Origin: an uncultured Chloroflexia bacterium
GTDB lineage: Bacteria > Chloroflexota > Limnocylindria > Limnocylindrales > CSP1-4
Assembly: GCA_963746845.1 (NCBI GenBank)
Contig: CAVVCZ010000004.1
Span: 704,001 to 768,000, forward strand
DNA length: 64,000 nucleotides
Direction: 5' to 3'
Positions 1 to 12,079 of this stretch are shown here, one piece after another. Below the pieces are notes generated by a model that was not told the DNA's origin, did not search any database, and saw nothing but the letters and a program-made list of their open reading frames with translations. The position numbers and the translations under genes are program-made. Each line of letters starts with the position of its first letter. Within the stretch, counting starts at the first letter, position 1.

Positions 1-1
1 C

Positions 2-874
<873 letters not shown>

Positions 875-877
875 GGC

Positions 878-1489
878 GTGGCGGACGCCCGACCGCGGAA
901 GTCCGAGGCGGAACGCCGCGCGGACAAGGCCGAGGTCGATGACCCGGAGGTCGTGCTGGCCGCCGCGCTCCGGTTCCTCGAGACGCGCTCGCGATCCGTC
1001 GCCGAGGTCCGGCGCCGGCTCGCCCGGGCCGGGTATCGCGCGGATCTGGTCGAAGGCGCCATCGCCCGCCTGACCGAGCTCGGGATGCTCGACGACTCGG
1101 CGTTCGCCGCGCAGTGGGTGGAGTCCCGCGATCGTGCCCATCCCCGCGGCGAGCACGCGCTGATCGTCGAGCTCCGCCAGAAGGGCATCGACGCGCCGAC
1201 GATTGCCGCGACCCTCCGCGACCGGCGGGAGGCGGCGGTTCGATGGGACGGCAGTGTGCCGCCCGACGATCCGGAGCCGGATCCGCACCCGGACGCGGCC
1301 GCCGCCCGAAGGCTGCTCACGCGGAACGCCCGCGCGCTGGAGCGCATCGCCGACCCGCGGCAACGGCGCCAGCGTGCCTACGCGCTCCTTGCCCGCAACG
1401 GGTTCGACCCCGAGACCTGCCGCGAGGCGTCCGCGGAGCTGATCCGGGCCGCAGACGCTTCGGCGGAGGACGACGGGTCAGCCGGCTGA
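878..1489 (+). CDS. recX: Regulatory protein RecX
   Basis: Directly follows recA; RSRSVAEVRRRL, LDDSAFAAQWV, ELRQKGI and LARNGF match the RecX helical repeats. Confidence 0.93.
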   Translation: MADARPRKSEAERRADKAEVDDPEVVLAAALRFLETRSRSVAEVRRRLARAGYRADLVEGAIARLTELGMLDDSAFAAQWVESRDRAHPRGEHALIVELRQKGIDAPTIAATLRDRREAAVRWDGSVPPDDPEPDPHPDAAAARRLLTRNARALERIADPRQRRQRAYALLARNGFDPETCREASAELIRAADASAEDDGSAG

Positions 1490-2747
1490 CGGCCAGCGCG
1501 CGGCGATGGCCTCCGCGTCGCGGACGAGGCCGACGAGGTTCGCGGACCCCATGTCGACCATCCACGGCGTGCCGATGAAGGCGAGCCCGGGCACATCTGT
1601 GATCCCACCGTCCTGCTTCGGCAGCCCGAGATCGTCGATCACCGGCAACTCGATCCAGTCGAACGCCGGTCGGTAGCCGCTCGTCCAGAGGACCGTCGAG
1701 ATCCCCTCGGCGGCGAGGTCGAGCTCCGGCACCTCCGGCGGGTCGAACGGGAAGCGGTCCAGCCCGTCTTCCGGGAGGTCCTCGCCGGCTCGCTCCGCGA
1801 ACGTGTCGAAGCGGACCTTCAGGCGTTCGTTGAACGAGGTGTCGGCGGACTGGAGGTTCGCCGTCAGGTCCTCGGCGAACCGCACCCGGGTGCCGTCGGC
1901 GGCCTCGAACCGCCCGACCAGCCGCAATCCGTCGACGGCCATCCTCCGCAGGTCGACGTCGTGGCCGCCGCCGTGCCCCGACACCTGCGGGTTGCACACG
2001 AACGGCGCCCGCGGATTCATCGCCCGATCGGCGATCGGCAGCGGCGTTCCCACGGCCTCGCCGCGCGTCGCGAGCTGGCGCAGCCACCAGAAGACATCGC
2101 GCCCGCGATACCGGCGCGGCGCGCGACCGCACCGGCCGACGGCAATCGTGACCGACCGTCCGGCCGCCATCAGCTCCTCCGCGAGCTGGACGCCGGTCTG
2201 GCCGCTCCCGATGAGCAGCACCCCGCCCGTCGGCAGCGCGTCCGGGCTGCGGTAGTGGTGGGAGTGGAGCTGGAGGACCGACGGGTCGAAGGCCGCCGCG
2301 GCCTCCGGGATGTGCGGCACCTGGAACGGGCCGCCGGCGACGATGACCTCGCGGGCATCGAGATCCCCGCGGGTGGTGGTCAGGCGGAAGCCTCGCCCAC
2401 CGTCGCGCGCGACGAGCCGCGTCACATCGGTCTCGAGCTCGACCGGCGCGTCGATCGCGGCGGCGTAGGCCCGGAAGTGGTCGATCAGCTCGTCGCGCGG
2501 CATGAACCCGTCCGGATCGTCGCCGCGGTACGAGAAGCCCGGGAACGGTGGTCGTCCAGTTCGGCGACACGAGGCGGAAGGCGTCCCAGCGGTCCTGCCA
2601 GCCGCCGCCGAGGCTCGTGCGCCGGTCGAGGACGACGTGCTCCCGGCCGGCCTCGCTCAGCAACCGGCTCATGATCAGTCCGGCCTGGCCCGCACCGACC
2701 ACGACGACGTCGATCGATCGCGCCTCCCCGGCCGTGTGCTCTGCCAT
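1478..2747 (-). CDS. Flavin-containing monooxygenase-like FAD/NAD(P)-binding oxidoreductase (one frameshift near 2540)
   Basis: N-terminal VVVGAGQAG and [18 protein letters not shown] lie in one frame; [18 protein letters not shown] and WTSGYRP lie in the 1478..2503 frame. Confidence 0.85.
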
Positions 2748-2984
2748 CGACACCCCCGTGAGCGTCACCGCCCCGTCGGGGCGCCTCGGCCCGACCGGCC
2801 GCACCGTAGTAGGCTACGTCCCAGATTTCAACAGCGTCGCTCCGAGGCGGCGCGGGGCCCAGGAAACCCGGCGTTCGTCACCGCCCACGACCGGCCCATC
2901 GGTCGATGTCGCCGTTCCCGGCGCGAGCGACGCCGCACAACCGACGTCAACCTCCGGCCCTCCGGCGCCGGACGGGAGGTACAG

Positions 2985-4514
2985 ATGGAGACACCGGTCG
3001 TCATCGCCGTGGCGCTTGCCGCAGCGATCGGCGGCGTCGTGCTCGGCATGATCATCCGCGGGATGTTCGCGTCCCAGGCGATGAAGACGGCGCAGTCCGA
3101 GGCACGGCGGATCGAGGCCGAGGCGCGCGCCCGCCAGAAGGAGCTGATCCTCGAGGCGAAGGACGAGAAGCTTCGTCTCGGGCGCGAGGCCGAGGACGAG
3201 GCCCGTGCCCGGCGGAACGAGCTGAGCACGCTCGAGCGTCGCCTGCTCGCCCGCGACGAGCAGCTCGACCAGCGGACGGACATGCTCGAGCAGCGTGACC
3301 GCAAGCTCCTCGAACGCGAACGCGATCTCGACAAGACCCGCGAGGATCTTGCGAAGGCCCACCAGGAGCAGGTCGAGGCACTCGAGCGGGTGAGCGGCGT
3401 CAGCGCCGAGGACGCCAAGAGCCTGCTGCTCGAGGCCGTCCGTGAGGAGGCCGAGCACGACGCGGTGAAGCTCGCCCGGTCGATCGATCGGCGGGCCCGC
3501 GAGGAGGCCGAGGAGAAGGCCCGCGACATCGTCGTCACGGCGATCCAGCGGGTCGCCGCCGACCACACCGCCGAGCACACGGTCACCGTCGTCCACCTGC
3601 CGAACGACGAGATGAAGGGCCGGATCATCGGCCGCGAGGGTCGCAACATCCGCGCACTGGAGCAGGCCACCGGTGTCGACCTGATCATCGACGACACCCC
3701 GGAATCGGTCGTCCTGTCGGGGTTCGATCCCGTCCGTCGCGAGATCGCCCGCCTCGCCCTCACGAAGCTGATCGGCGACGGCCGCATCCACCCGGGCCGG
3801 ATCGAGGAGGTCGTCGCGAAGGCCCGGGCTGAGGTCGACCTGATCATCCGCCAGGCGGGCGAGACCGCCGCGTACGAGGCCGGCGTGCCCGGCCTGCCGC
3901 CCGAGCTGATCAAGCTCCTCGGCCGGCTGAAGTACCGCACCAGCTACGGCCAGAACGTCCTCAACCACGTCGTCGAGACGTCGCGTCTCGCGGCCGTCAT
4001 CGCGGCCGAGGTAGGTGCCGACGTCCAGATCGCGAAGACGGGCGGGCTGCTCCACGACATCGGCAAGGCGGTCGACCACGAGGTCGAGGGCCCGCATGCC
4101 GCGATCGGGGCGCAGATCGCCCAGCGGAACAACCTCTCGCCGAAGATCGTGAACGGGATCGCCGCCCACCACCAGGAGGTCGAGTACACCTGCCTCGAGT
4201 CGCCGATCGTCCAGATCGCCGATGCGATCAGCGCCTCGCGACCGGGTGCCCGTGGCGAGACGATGGACGCGTACGTCAAGCGGCTGGAGGACCTCCAGGC
4301 GATCGCAGACAGCTTCCAGGGGGTCGAACGCTCGTTCGCGGTCCAGGCCGGCCGCGAGGTCCGGATCCTCGTCCGTCCGGAGGAGATCGACGACCTGACG
4401 GCGACGCGTCTCGCGCGCGACATCGTCCGCAAGATCGAGGAGCAGCTGACCTACCCGGGCCAGATCAAGGTCACGGTCATCCGCGAGACCCGCGCCGTGG
4501 AGTACGCCAAGTAG
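2985..4514 (+). CDS. rny: Ribonuclease Y
   Basis: N-terminal TM helix, coiled coil, KH motif [15 protein letters not shown] motif LLHDIGK, C-terminal [12 protein letters not shown]; GGGAGG RBS before ATG 2985. Confidence 0.98.
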   Translation: METPVVIAVALAAAIGGVVLGMIIRGMFASQAMKTAQSEARRIEAEARARQKELILEAKDEKLRLGREAEDEARARRNELSTLERRLLARDEQLDQRTDMLEQRDRKLLERERDLDKTREDLAKAHQEQVEALERVSGVSAEDAKSLLLEAVREEAEHDAVKLARSIDRRAREEAEEKARDIVVTAIQRVAADHTAEHTVTVVHLPNDEMKGRIIGREGRNIRALEQATGVDLIIDDTPESVVLSGFDPVRREIARLALTKLIGDGRIHPGRIEEVVAKARAEVDLIIRQAGETAAYEAGVPGLPPELIKLLGRLKYRTSYGQNVLNHVVETSRLAAVIAAEVGADVQIAKTGGLLHDIGKAVDHEVEGPHAAIGAQIAQRNNLSPKIVNGIAAHHQEVEYTCLESPIVQIADAISASRPGARGETMDAYVKRLEDLQAIADSFQGVERSFAVQAGREVRILVRPEEIDDLTATRLARDIVRKIEEQLTYPGQIKVTVIRETRAVEYAK

Positions 4515-5563
4515 GCAGGGCGCTCGCCTCGCTCGGCGTCCTGCTGCTCCTGGGTGGCTGCTCGAGCGGGCCTGCCGCCACGTCCGGCCCACTGTCTCAG
4601 GGGCCATCGCCGTCGGCCGTGGCCTCGACGGTGCCGTCCCCGACCGCGACGCCCGTTCCGTCAGCCGCCGCGTCGCCGTCCCCGAGCCTTCCCGGCATCG
4701 TGACGCTCGAGTCGATATCCGGGGTGATCCCGATCACCGGCATCGGTCAGCCGGACTGGGTGTCGATCGCGGGCGACTCGGCCTGGGCGGCCGGCGTCGG
4801 AGACGGGATCGGCCGGTTCGACCTCGCGACCGGTCGGCAGAAGGGGACAACGAAGCTCGGTGGGGTCTGCCTCGCGATGGACGTCGGGTTCGACTCGTTG
4901 TGGGTCGGCGATTGCGACGCTCGAACGCTCGTCCGGATCAACCCGAAGACCGGAAAGGTCGCCGCGACGATCCAGCTCACCGGCACGCCGGACGAGGAGT
5001 CCTCCGTCGCGGCCGGCGAAGGGTCCGTGTGGATCACGGTCAACGGCCCGCCGACGCTCCTCCGGATCGATCCGAAGACGAACAAGATCGTCGCCTCGGT
5101 GACGCCGCTGACCTCGCCCGCGGCGCTTCGGGCCGGCCTTGGCGGGCTCTGGCTGGTGTCCGACGCGAACAAGGTCGTCCGGCTCGACGCGACGAGCGGG
5201 TCGGTCGTCGCCGAGATCCCCGTTGGGCGGGGGTCGCGGTTCACGGCGGTGGGGGGCGGCGCGGTCTGGGTTCTGAACCAGAGCGACGGCACCGTCTCGC
5301 GCATCGATCCCGGGACGAACACGGTGGTGGCGACCATCCCCGTCTCGGCGCGCCCGGTCGAGGGCGGCGACATGGCCTTCGGTGGGGGCTTCGCCTGGGC
5401 GCGGGTGAGCGACTCGCTCGTCGCGCAGATCGACCCGGCAACGAACACCGTCGTTCGGAGGCTCGGCGAGTCCGCGGGCAGCGGCTCCGTCGCGGCCGAT
5501 GACAAGGCTGTCTGGATCAGCGCCCACGACGTCCACACGCTCTGGCGCGTCCCCCTCGGCTGA
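4511..5563 (+). CDS. Beta-propeller (YncE/Vgb-like, YVTN-type repeats) lipoprotein; start uncertain
   Basis: Repeated RIDPxTNxVVATIPV units. An in-frame lipobox LLLLGGC lies upstream of the ORF-track start (4619), but no canonical start codon precedes it. Confidence 0.75.
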   Translation, partial: VGRALASLGVLLLLGGCSSGPAATSGPLSQGPSPSAVASTVPSPTATPVPSAAASPSPSLPGIVTLESISGVIPITGIGQPDWVSIAGDSAWAAGVGDGIGRFDLATGRQKGTTKLGGVCLAMDVGFDSLWVGDCDARTLVRINPKTGKVAATIQLTGTPDEESSVAAGEGSVWITVNGPPTLLRIDPKTNKIVASVTPLTSPAALRAGLGGLWLVSDANKVVRLDATSGSVVAEIPVGRGSRFTAVGGGAVWVLNQSDGTVSRIDPGTNTVVATIPVSARPVEGGDMAFGGGFAWARVSDSLVAQIDPATNTVVRRLGESAGSGSVAADDKAVWISAHDVHTLWRVPLG

Positions 5564-5618
5564 GTGTCGCTGCCGGCCTTCGGCACGAAGGCAGGTTGCG
5601 TCCGGTATCGTCCCGACC

Positions 5619-6500
5619 GTGACCCACGAGCAGCCCGCGAACGGCGCCATCGGGCGGACGCGGCCCGGCAACCCTCCGAACGGCGACGCGCCGCGGCCGC
5701 CGGGTGCCGTCCGGGTGCTGATGATCGGCGACTTGATCGGCAAGCCCGGCCGGGTCGCCGTGGAGCAGCTGCTCCCGGCGCTCCGCGAGGAGCGTGGGAT
5801 CGACTTCGTGACCGCGAACGGCGAGAACGTCGCCGGTGGGATGGGGCTGACGCCGTCCACCGCCGAGTCCCTGTACGGCGCCGGCGTCGACGTGATCACG
5901 TCCGGCAACCACATCTGGGACAAGCGCGAGATCTACCCGTTCCTCGACGCGAGCGACCGCGTCCTGCGGCCCTTGAACTACGGCACCCGTGAGGTCCCCG
6001 GGCGCGGCTGGGGCGTGTACGAGGCCCTCGACGGCACGGACCTCGCGGTGATCAACCTCCAGGGGCGGACATACATGCAGCAGATCGAGAACCCGTTCAC
6101 GGACGCGGACGCCCTGCTGGACGAGTCGTCGGAGCCGCTGCCGCCCGTGCGACTCGTCGACTTCCACTGCGAGCTGACGTCCGAGAAGAACGCCCTCGGG
6201 CTGCACCTCGACGGCCGGGTGAGCGCAGTCGTCGGGACCCACACGCATGTCGTCACCGGCGACGAGCGGATCCTGCCCGGCGGCACGGCGTACCAGACGG
6301 ACCTCGGGATGACCGGGCCGATCTGGAGCGTCATCGGGTTCGACCCGAAGACCGTCCTGCCGCGGTTCATCAACGCCCTGCCGACGCGGTTCGAGGTCGG
6401 GGACGGGCCCGTGATCTTCAACGCGGCCCAGATCGACATCGACCCGGCGACGGGCCGCGCGCTCGCCATCGAGCGGATCGCCCGGCTGATCGAGGTCTGA
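5619..6500 (+). CDS. ymdB: TIGR00282/YmdB-family metallophosphoesterase
   Basis: MIGDLIGKPG, ANGEN, TSGNH, VDFHCELTSEK, GTHTHV and TDLGMTGP motifs; typical rny-linked gene. Confidence 0.95.
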   Translation: MTHEQPANGAIGRTRPGNPPNGDAPRPPGAVRVLMIGDLIGKPGRVAVEQLLPALREERGIDFVTANGENVAGGMGLTPSTAESLYGAGVDVITSGNHIWDKREIYPFLDASDRVLRPLNYGTREVPGRGWGVYEALDGTDLAVINLQGRTYMQQIENPFTDADALLDESSEPLPPVRLVDFHCELTSEKNALGLHLDGRVSAVVGTHTHVVTGDERILPGGTAYQTDLGMTGPIWSVIGFDPKTVLPRFINALPTRFEVGDGPVIFNAAQIDIDPATGRALAIERIARLIEV

Positions 6501-6502
6501 TC

Positions 6503-7438
6503 GTGGCCCGTCAAGGCCGCCACGCCGCCCGCGCCACGGCGCTCGCGACGGCCACGGAGCCCGGCGGGTCGACCGTCGACCTCCATACCCATACGCTCCG
6601 CTCGGACGGCGTCCTCCAGCCGGTCGAGCTCGTCCGCGCGGCTGCGGACGCCGGGATCCGCACCCTCGCGATCACCGACCACGATAACCTCGCCGCGTAC
6701 CGCGAGCTCGTCCTCGCACGCGCGCTGCCGGCCGCGATGGAGCTCATCCCCGGGGTCGAGATCAACGCCCTCGCCCGCGGGATCCCGCTCCAGGACGGCG
6801 AGCTCCACATCCTCGGCTTCGGGATGGACGCGGACGACGAGGCGTTCGAGGCCGGTCTCGCGGGTCAGCGCGCAGCCCGCCGGGTCCGGTTCGAGAAGAC
6901 CGTTGACCGGCTCCGGGAGCTCGGGCTCGGCGTGGATGCGCAGCTCGAGCACCTGGATCTCACCCGTGACGACGCGCTCGGCCGGCCGACGATCGGCCGG
7001 GCCCTGATCGCTGCCGGTCACGCCGTGAGCGTCGAGGACGCATTCCGGCGGCTGATCGGCTGGGGCTGTCCCGCGTACGTGCCGCGCAAGGGGATGGGAC
7101 CGCGCGAGGCGATCGATGCGATCCGGGCGGCCGGCGGGGTGCCCTCGCTCGCGCACTTCTCCGAGGCGCCCTCGCAGATGCCGCTCCTTCGCGAGCTTCG
7201 CGAGATGGGGTTGGCCGGGCTCGAGGTGTACTACATCTCGTTCGACCGCGACACTGTGGAGCTCATGGGCTCGGTCGCGCGGCAGATCGGGTTGATCGCC
7301 ACCGGCGGCTCGGACTATCACGGCGACACGACGACCTACGCCGAGACCCACGCCGCGCTGAACATCCCGGACGCGGTCGCCGACGAGCTCCGGGAGGCGA
7401 TCGCGGCGGCAGCCTCGCGTACCATGCCCGGACGATGA
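6503..7438 (+). CDS. PHP-domain phosphatase (TrpH/YciV-like)
   Basis: DLHTHTLRSDG, AITDHD, GVEIN, HILG, LAH and GGSDYHG PHP motifs. Confidence 0.92.
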   Translation: MARQGRHAARATALATATEPGGSTVDLHTHTLRSDGVLQPVELVRAAADAGIRTLAITDHDNLAAYRELVLARALPAAMELIPGVEINALARGIPLQDGELHILGFGMDADDEAFEAGLAGQRAARRVRFEKTVDRLRELGLGVDAQLEHLDLTRDDALGRPTIGRALIAAGHAVSVEDAFRRLIGWGCPAYVPRKGMGPREAIDAIRAAGGVPSLAHFSEAPSQMPLLRELREMGLAGLEVYYISFDRDTVELMGSVARQIGLIATGGSDYHGDTTTYAETHAALNIPDAVADELREAIAAAASRTMPGR

Positions 7439-9072
7439 CGCTCACCCGCCCGTCCGGTCGCGCGCTGCCCGTGCTCGACGTCGTCGCGCCCGGTGCGTCC
7501 GCGACGCCGGCCGCGCCGCTCGAGGCCGCGGACCCACGCCTGGCCGAATACCGGCCGGAGGCGCCGGCCCTCCCGTCGTTCCACGTCTGGACGCTCGGCT
7601 GCCAGATGAACCGGAGCGACTCGGAGGAGATGGCCGGCCGCCTCCTCGCCGCGGGATGCGCGGAAGCGTCGTCCATGGACAGGGCGGACCTCGTCGTCAT
7701 CAATACCTGCGCGATCCGCGAGGCGGCCGAGCAGAAGGTGATCGGCCGGCAGGGTCATCTGCAGCGTCTGAAGGCCGCGAACCCGGGGATGCGGGTCGTG
7801 CTCACGGGGTGCGCAGTCCGCGAGCCGGATCGCGCTGGACTGCGGCGGCGGTTCCCGGCGGTGGACCTGTTCCTTCGACCCGACGAGGAGCCGGAGCTCG
7901 TCGACCGGCTCGGGCTGGCGTCGGCGCAGGGCGCGATCGGGCTGGCGAGCGCCGCGACGACCGTCGTCGGCCGGGTGACGGTCGGGGCGGCCGATCACCT
8001 GCCGGGCACGCGGGCGAGTGCCATCGCGGCCGACGCCGTTCGTCGCGAGTCGGCGATCAGCGCCTGGCTGCCGATCGTGTACGGCTGCGACAAGACCTGC
8101 ACCTACTGCATCGTGCCGTTCAGCCGCGGCCCCGAGCGGAGCCGCTCGTTCGACGCCATCGTCGACGAGGCCCGATCGCTCGCCGCCGCCGGCTACCGCG
8201 AGGTCACGCTCCTCGGCCAGAACGTCAACTCGTACGGGCACGACCTGCCGGCCGAGCCGCGGTTCGCCGACGTCGACACCGATCGCTGGGCAGGGCGCCG
8301 CCTGGACCTCCACGGACGGCCGGATCTCGCGGCCCTGATCCGGGCGATCGACGGGATCCGGACGGCGGACGGGGTCCCGGCGATCCCACGCCTGCGGTTC
8401 GTGACGTCCCATCCGTGGGACCTCTCGGACCGGCTGATCGGCGCGATGGCCGACTGCCCGTCGATCTGCGCCCACCTGCATCTCCCGGTCCAGTCCGGTG
8501 ACGACACGGTGCTCCGGCGGATGGGCCGGCAGTACACGACCGAGCACTATCTCGAGCGGCTGGCGCGGATCCGCGCGGCGGTCCCAGGGATCGCGATCTC
8601 GACCGACGTGATCGTCGGGTTCTGCGGCGAGACGGACGCGCAGTTCCGCTCCACGCTGCGACTCCTCGAGACGGTCCGGTACGACCAGGTGTTCGCCGCG
8701 GCATACTCCGAGCGGCCTGGAACGCCCGCCACCCACCTCGCGGACGATGTCCCACCCGACGTGAAGCGCGCGCGGCTGAACGAGCTGCTCGCGGTCCAGG
8801 AGGCGATCGGGCTCGAGCGGAACCGGGCATGGGTGGGACGCGAGGTCGAGGTGCTCGTCGACGCGGTGACGCCGCCCCGAAGCCACGACCACGACGACGG
8901 GCACGACGCCGGATCCGCGGCGGCCTCCACAGGCCCGCGGGTGTCCGGGCGGAGCCGCCAGAACAAGCTGGTCCACCTGGCGGGCGGGCCCGAGCTGGTC
9001 GGCAAGCTCGTCACCGCCCGGATCGAGCACGCCGGACCGTACGCACTCCGAGGCGTCCTGGTCTCCGCGTGA
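7435..9072 (+). CDS. miaB: tRNA-2-methylthio-N6-dimethylallyladenosine synthase MiaB
   Basis: TLGCQMN and NTCAIRE, radical SAM motif CDKTCTYC, LLGQNVNSYG, HLPVQSG and a C-terminal TRAM-like region; next to miaA. Confidence 0.95.
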   Translation: MTLTRPSGRALPVLDVVAPGASATPAAPLEAADPRLAEYRPEAPALPSFHVWTLGCQMNRSDSEEMAGRLLAAGCAEASSMDRADLVVINTCAIREAAEQKVIGRQGHLQRLKAANPGMRVVLTGCAVREPDRAGLRRRFPAVDLFLRPDEEPELVDRLGLASAQGAIGLASAATTVVGRVTVGAADHLPGTRASAIAADAVRRESAISAWLPIVYGCDKTCTYCIVPFSRGPERSRSFDAIVDEARSLAAAGYREVTLLGQNVNSYGHDLPAEPRFADVDTDRWAGRRLDLHGRPDLAALIRAIDGIRTADGVPAIPRLRFVTSHPWDLSDRLIGAMADCPSICAHLHLPVQSGDDTVLRRMGRQYTTEHYLERLARIRAAVPGIAISTDVIVGFCGETDAQFRSTLRLLETVRYDQVFAAAYSERPGTPATHLADDVPPDVKRARLNELLAVQEAIGLERNRAWVGREVEVLVDAVTPPRSHDHDDGHDAGSAAASTGPRVSGRSRQNKLVHLAGGPELVGKLVTARIEHAGPYALRGVLVSA

Positions 9073-10008
9073 CGGCCGCGCCGCCGCTCCTCGTGATCGC
9101 CGGCGCCACCGCGACCGGCAAGACCGGACTGGCGATCGAGGTCGCGGAGCGCCTGGCGGGGGAGGGGATCGGCGCCGAGATCATCTCGGCCGACTCGCGC
9201 CAGGTGTATCGAGGGCTGGACATCGGCACGGCAAAGGCGACGCCCGCGGAGCGGCGCGGGATCCCGCACCACGGCCTCGACCTGGTCGACCCGGATCAGC
9301 CGTTCACCGTCGCGGACTTCGCGACCCACGCCCGCGAGATCCTGGCGGACATCGCGCGGCGTGGCGACGTCGCGATCCTCGCCGGGGGCACGGGCCTCTA
9401 CCTGCGCGCCGTCGCCCGCGGCCTCCCGACCGAGAGCCTGCCGGCGGACCCCGACGTTCGGGCCCGGCTGGAGGCGGAGTTCCTGGCGGTCGGGCTGGAG
9501 CCCCTCGTCGAGCGGTTGCGATCGGTGGCCCCCGGCCGGGCGGCCGCCATCGACACCGCGAACCCGCGCCGGGTCGTCCGGGCCCTCGAGATCGTCGAAG
9601 TCAGCGGCGGAGATCCGACGCTGCCGCCGCCACGAGGCTACGCCGGGCCGGTCGGCTGGATCGGCTTGACCGTGGATCCGGCCATCCATCGAACCTGGAT
9701 CGATCGACGTGCTCGTGCCCAGTTCGATGCCGGCCTCGTCGACGAGGCTCGCGCGCTCCGCGAGCGGTTCGACCCGGCCCTTCCCGCCTTCTCCGCGATC
9801 GGCTACCGCGAGGCCTGGGGAGTGATCGACGGTGAGCTGACGCTCGAAGGCGGCAGTGGCCGAGGACTCCCGCCGGAACCAGGCGTTCGCGAAGCGTCAG
9901 CGGACGTGGTTCCGGGCTGAGCCCGACATCGCCTGGCTCGACGCGACGGACGGTCCGCCGGTCCACGATGCCCTGCGCATCGCCCGTGAGTCCTTCCTGA
10001 ACCGCTGA
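9069..10008 (+). CDS. miaA: tRNA dimethylallyltransferase MiaA (frameshift near 9850-9880)
   Basis: GATATGKT, ISADSRQVYRGLDIGTAK, GGTGLY and AIGYRE; the conserved FAKRQRTWFR follows in a shifted frame ending at TGA 10008. Confidence 0.95.
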
Positions 10009-10024
10009 CGGCTATCCTTCGCCG

Positions 10025-11359
10025 ATGGCTCGACCCACCTCGATCGATCTCACGCCGCCCGTCGAGAAGGCGTTTCTGGTCGCCGTCGACACGGGCGACG
10101 ACGCCGGCTGGACGGCCGAGGAATCGCTCACGGAGCTCGCGAACCTGGCGACCACCGCGGGCGCCGATGTCGTGGGCGCCGAGTGGCAGAACCGGCGCCA
10201 CGTCGACCCGAACTGGTACGTCGGCAAGGGCAAGGCCGAGGAGCTCGCGCAGGCGAGGAGCGAGACCGGCTTCGACCTCCTCGTGGCCGACGACGAGCTC
10301 TCACCGAGCCAGCAGAAGGCGCTCGAAAGCCTGTTGAACGTCAAGGTGATCGACCGGAGCCGGCTGATCCTGGACATCTTCGCCCTCCACGCCCAGACCC
10401 ACGAGGGCCGTCTCCAGGTCGAGCTGGCCCAGCTCGAGTACCAGCTGCCGCGGCTGACCCGGCTGTGGACCCACCTCTCGCGGACCGGCGGCGGGATCGG
10501 CACCCGGGGACCCGGCGAGAGCCAGCTCGAGACGGACCGCCGGCTGATCCGGACCCGGATCGCGAAGATGAAGGAGCGGGTCGAGCAGGTCCGTCAGCAG
10601 CGCCAGACCGCAGCCCGCGGGCGCGACCGCCGGATGATGGCGACGGTCGGCATCGTCGGCTACACGAACGCCGGCAAGTCCACACTCCTCAACAGCCTGG
10701 TCGGGAGCGAGGTCGCCAGGGCCGAGGACAAGCTCTTCGCGACGCTCGACCCGACCTCGCGCCAGGTCAAGCTCGGCGACGGCCAGACCGCGATCGTCAC
10801 CGACACCGTCGGGTTCATCCACAAGCTCCCGCACCAGCTGGTCGACGCCTTCCGGGCGACGCTCGAGGAGGTCAACCGGGCCGATGTCCTCGTGGAGGTC
10901 GTCGATGCCTCGGATCCGCACCTCCGCGAGCACCGAGCCACCGTCCAGACGGTCCTCGATGAGCTCGGGGCGGGTGACAAGCCGCGGCTCGTCGCGTTCA
11001 ACAAGGCCGATCTCGTCGAGGCCGCGGCGCGCGACGGCGAGGCGCCGGCGCCGGCCCTGGCTGGTTCAGTGCTCGTCTCCGCGCTCACCGGCTTCGGGCT
11101 CGACACGCTTCGGGCCGAGATCGCGGCGCTCCTCGCATCGATGTGGGTGGACGTCGACGTCCACGTCCCGTACACGGCCGGCGAGCTGCTCGCCCGGGTG
11201 CGCGAGCGCGGCACGGTCGAGCTCGACTACGGCGAGCGCGACGTCCGCGTCCATGGCCGGGCGGCCCCGGCGCTGGCCGGCGAGCTGACGGCGGTGTCCG
11301 GCTCCTGGCGGGAGACGCTCACCGGAACGGGAAATGGCACCGGGGTCGAGCACGCCTGA
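10025..11359 (+). CDS. hflX: GTPase HflX
   Basis: GGIGTRGPGESQLETDRR, GYTNAGKS, LFATLDPT, DTVGF and NKAD. Confidence 0.98.
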   Translation: MARPTSIDLTPPVEKAFLVAVDTGDDAGWTAEESLTELANLATTAGADVVGAEWQNRRHVDPNWYVGKGKAEELAQARSETGFDLLVADDELSPSQQKALESLLNVKVIDRSRLILDIFALHAQTHEGRLQVELAQLEYQLPRLTRLWTHLSRTGGGIGTRGPGESQLETDRRLIRTRIAKMKERVEQVRQQRQTAARGRDRRMMATVGIVGYTNAGKSTLLNSLVGSEVARAEDKLFATLDPTSRQVKLGDGQTAIVTDTVGFIHKLPHQLVDAFRATLEEVNRADVLVEVVDASDPHLREHRATVQTVLDELGAGDKPRLVAFNKADLVEAAARDGEAPAPALAGSVLVSALTGFGLDTLRAEIAALLASMWVDVDVHVPYTAGELLARVRERGTVELDYGERDVRVHGRAAPALAGELTAVSGSWRETLTGTGNGTGVEHA

Positions 11360-11360
11360 G

Positions 11361-11849
11361 GTGAGCCAGGTGCGGCGCGCCGGTCATGGACGGGCGAGCG
11401 ATGGATCCATCGTCACGTGGACCGTGGCCGAGGGTCGCCGGGGCCGGCGCTGGCGCGAGGTCATCGCCGTGGGGGAGGGGATCCGCTCGTCGCTCCTGCT
11501 CGAGCTCGATCCCGAGGGACGGTTCAGCCATCTCGAGCTGTCGACGGCCGCCGGCCTGCTGACGCTCCATCCGGAGGGCGACGGCACGCTCCACGGCAAC
11601 GTCGTGACCGCCGATGGCGTCGCGCACGTGGTCGGCCTGCCGTGGGACGCGGACACAAGCGTCCTCCTGGACGGCTCGACGGTCTGCCGCGCCGCGGCGG
11701 CCCACGACGCTGGCCACGGTTCCCTCCGGATCGGGTTGGACCTGAGCCTCCGGCCGACGTCCGACCCGCTCGACGCGATCGCCCTCGACGCCGACGGCCT
11801 GCCGGTCCTCGCGGCCGGCGCGACCTGGCCGCTCGAGCGTGGCGGCTGA
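11361..11849 (+). CDS. Hypothetical protein
   Basis: GTG 2 nt after the hflX stop; host-like codon use (WTVAEGRRGRRWRE); no recognised motif. Confidence 0.7.
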   Translation: MSQVRRAGHGRASDGSIVTWTVAEGRRGRRWREVIAVGEGIRSSLLLELDPEGRFSHLELSTAAGLLTLHPEGDGTLHGNVVTADGVAHVVGLPWDADTSVLLDGSTVCRAAAAHDAGHGSLRIGLDLSLRPTSDPLDAIALDADGLPVLAAGATWPLERGG

Positions 11850-11850
11850 G

Positions 11851-11973
11851 TCATCCACAGCGAATCCCGGCAACTTCGTGGACGGACCGTGGACAACCCT
11901 CGCAGATTCGGCCCCGAAACCGCGAAAGTCGTGGACAAGTGGGCTAGGCAGCACTCCCGCCGCCACCTACAGT
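11851..11973 (+). promoter_or_regulatory. SigmaA-type promoter with DnaA-box-like array (copy 1)
   Basis: TCATCCACA at 11851; CGTGGACGG at 11877; CGTGGACAA at 11888 and 11930 (reverse complement TTGTCCACG); -35 TAGGCA 11945-11950, 17-bp spacer, -10 TACAGT 11968-11973. Confidence 0.6.
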
Positions 11974-11980
11974 AGGTCTT

Positions 11981-12072
11981 GCCCGAAGGGGCCACGAGAC
12001 CGAAAGTGACGACGCAGGTGCTTGCATCGGCGGCGGAGGCTGCGGGAGCGAGGTTCCTTCGGGCGTTTCGTT
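11981..12072 (+). ncRNA. Candidate structured small RNA, copy 1
   Basis: 5' GCCCGAAGGGGCC pairs with 3' GGTTCCTTCGGGC; central bubble; apical stem GGTG-CTTG-CATC; GTTTCGTT tail; starts after a 7-nt gap from the -10; paralog at 12808. Confidence 0.7.
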
Positions 12073-12079
12073 GTGCCCG

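Noticed and set aside
2814-4607. Long antisense and alternate-frame ORFs (e.g. 2814..4607, 7336..9030, 42436..45012, 51239..53497)
   Set aside because: Shadow ORFs of high-GC genes; Arg/Pro/Gly-rich with no motifs, and they overlap well-supported CDSs.
11851-11940. Replication origin at the DnaA-like boxes
   Set aside because: Few boxes, no AT-rich unwinding element and no dnaA/dnaN; the boxes are phased to promoters instead.
11981-12064. Small RNAs as tRNA, SRP RNA or hammerhead ribozyme
   Set aside because: No cloverleaf or T-loop, no SRP domain IV motif, and no CUGANGA core.
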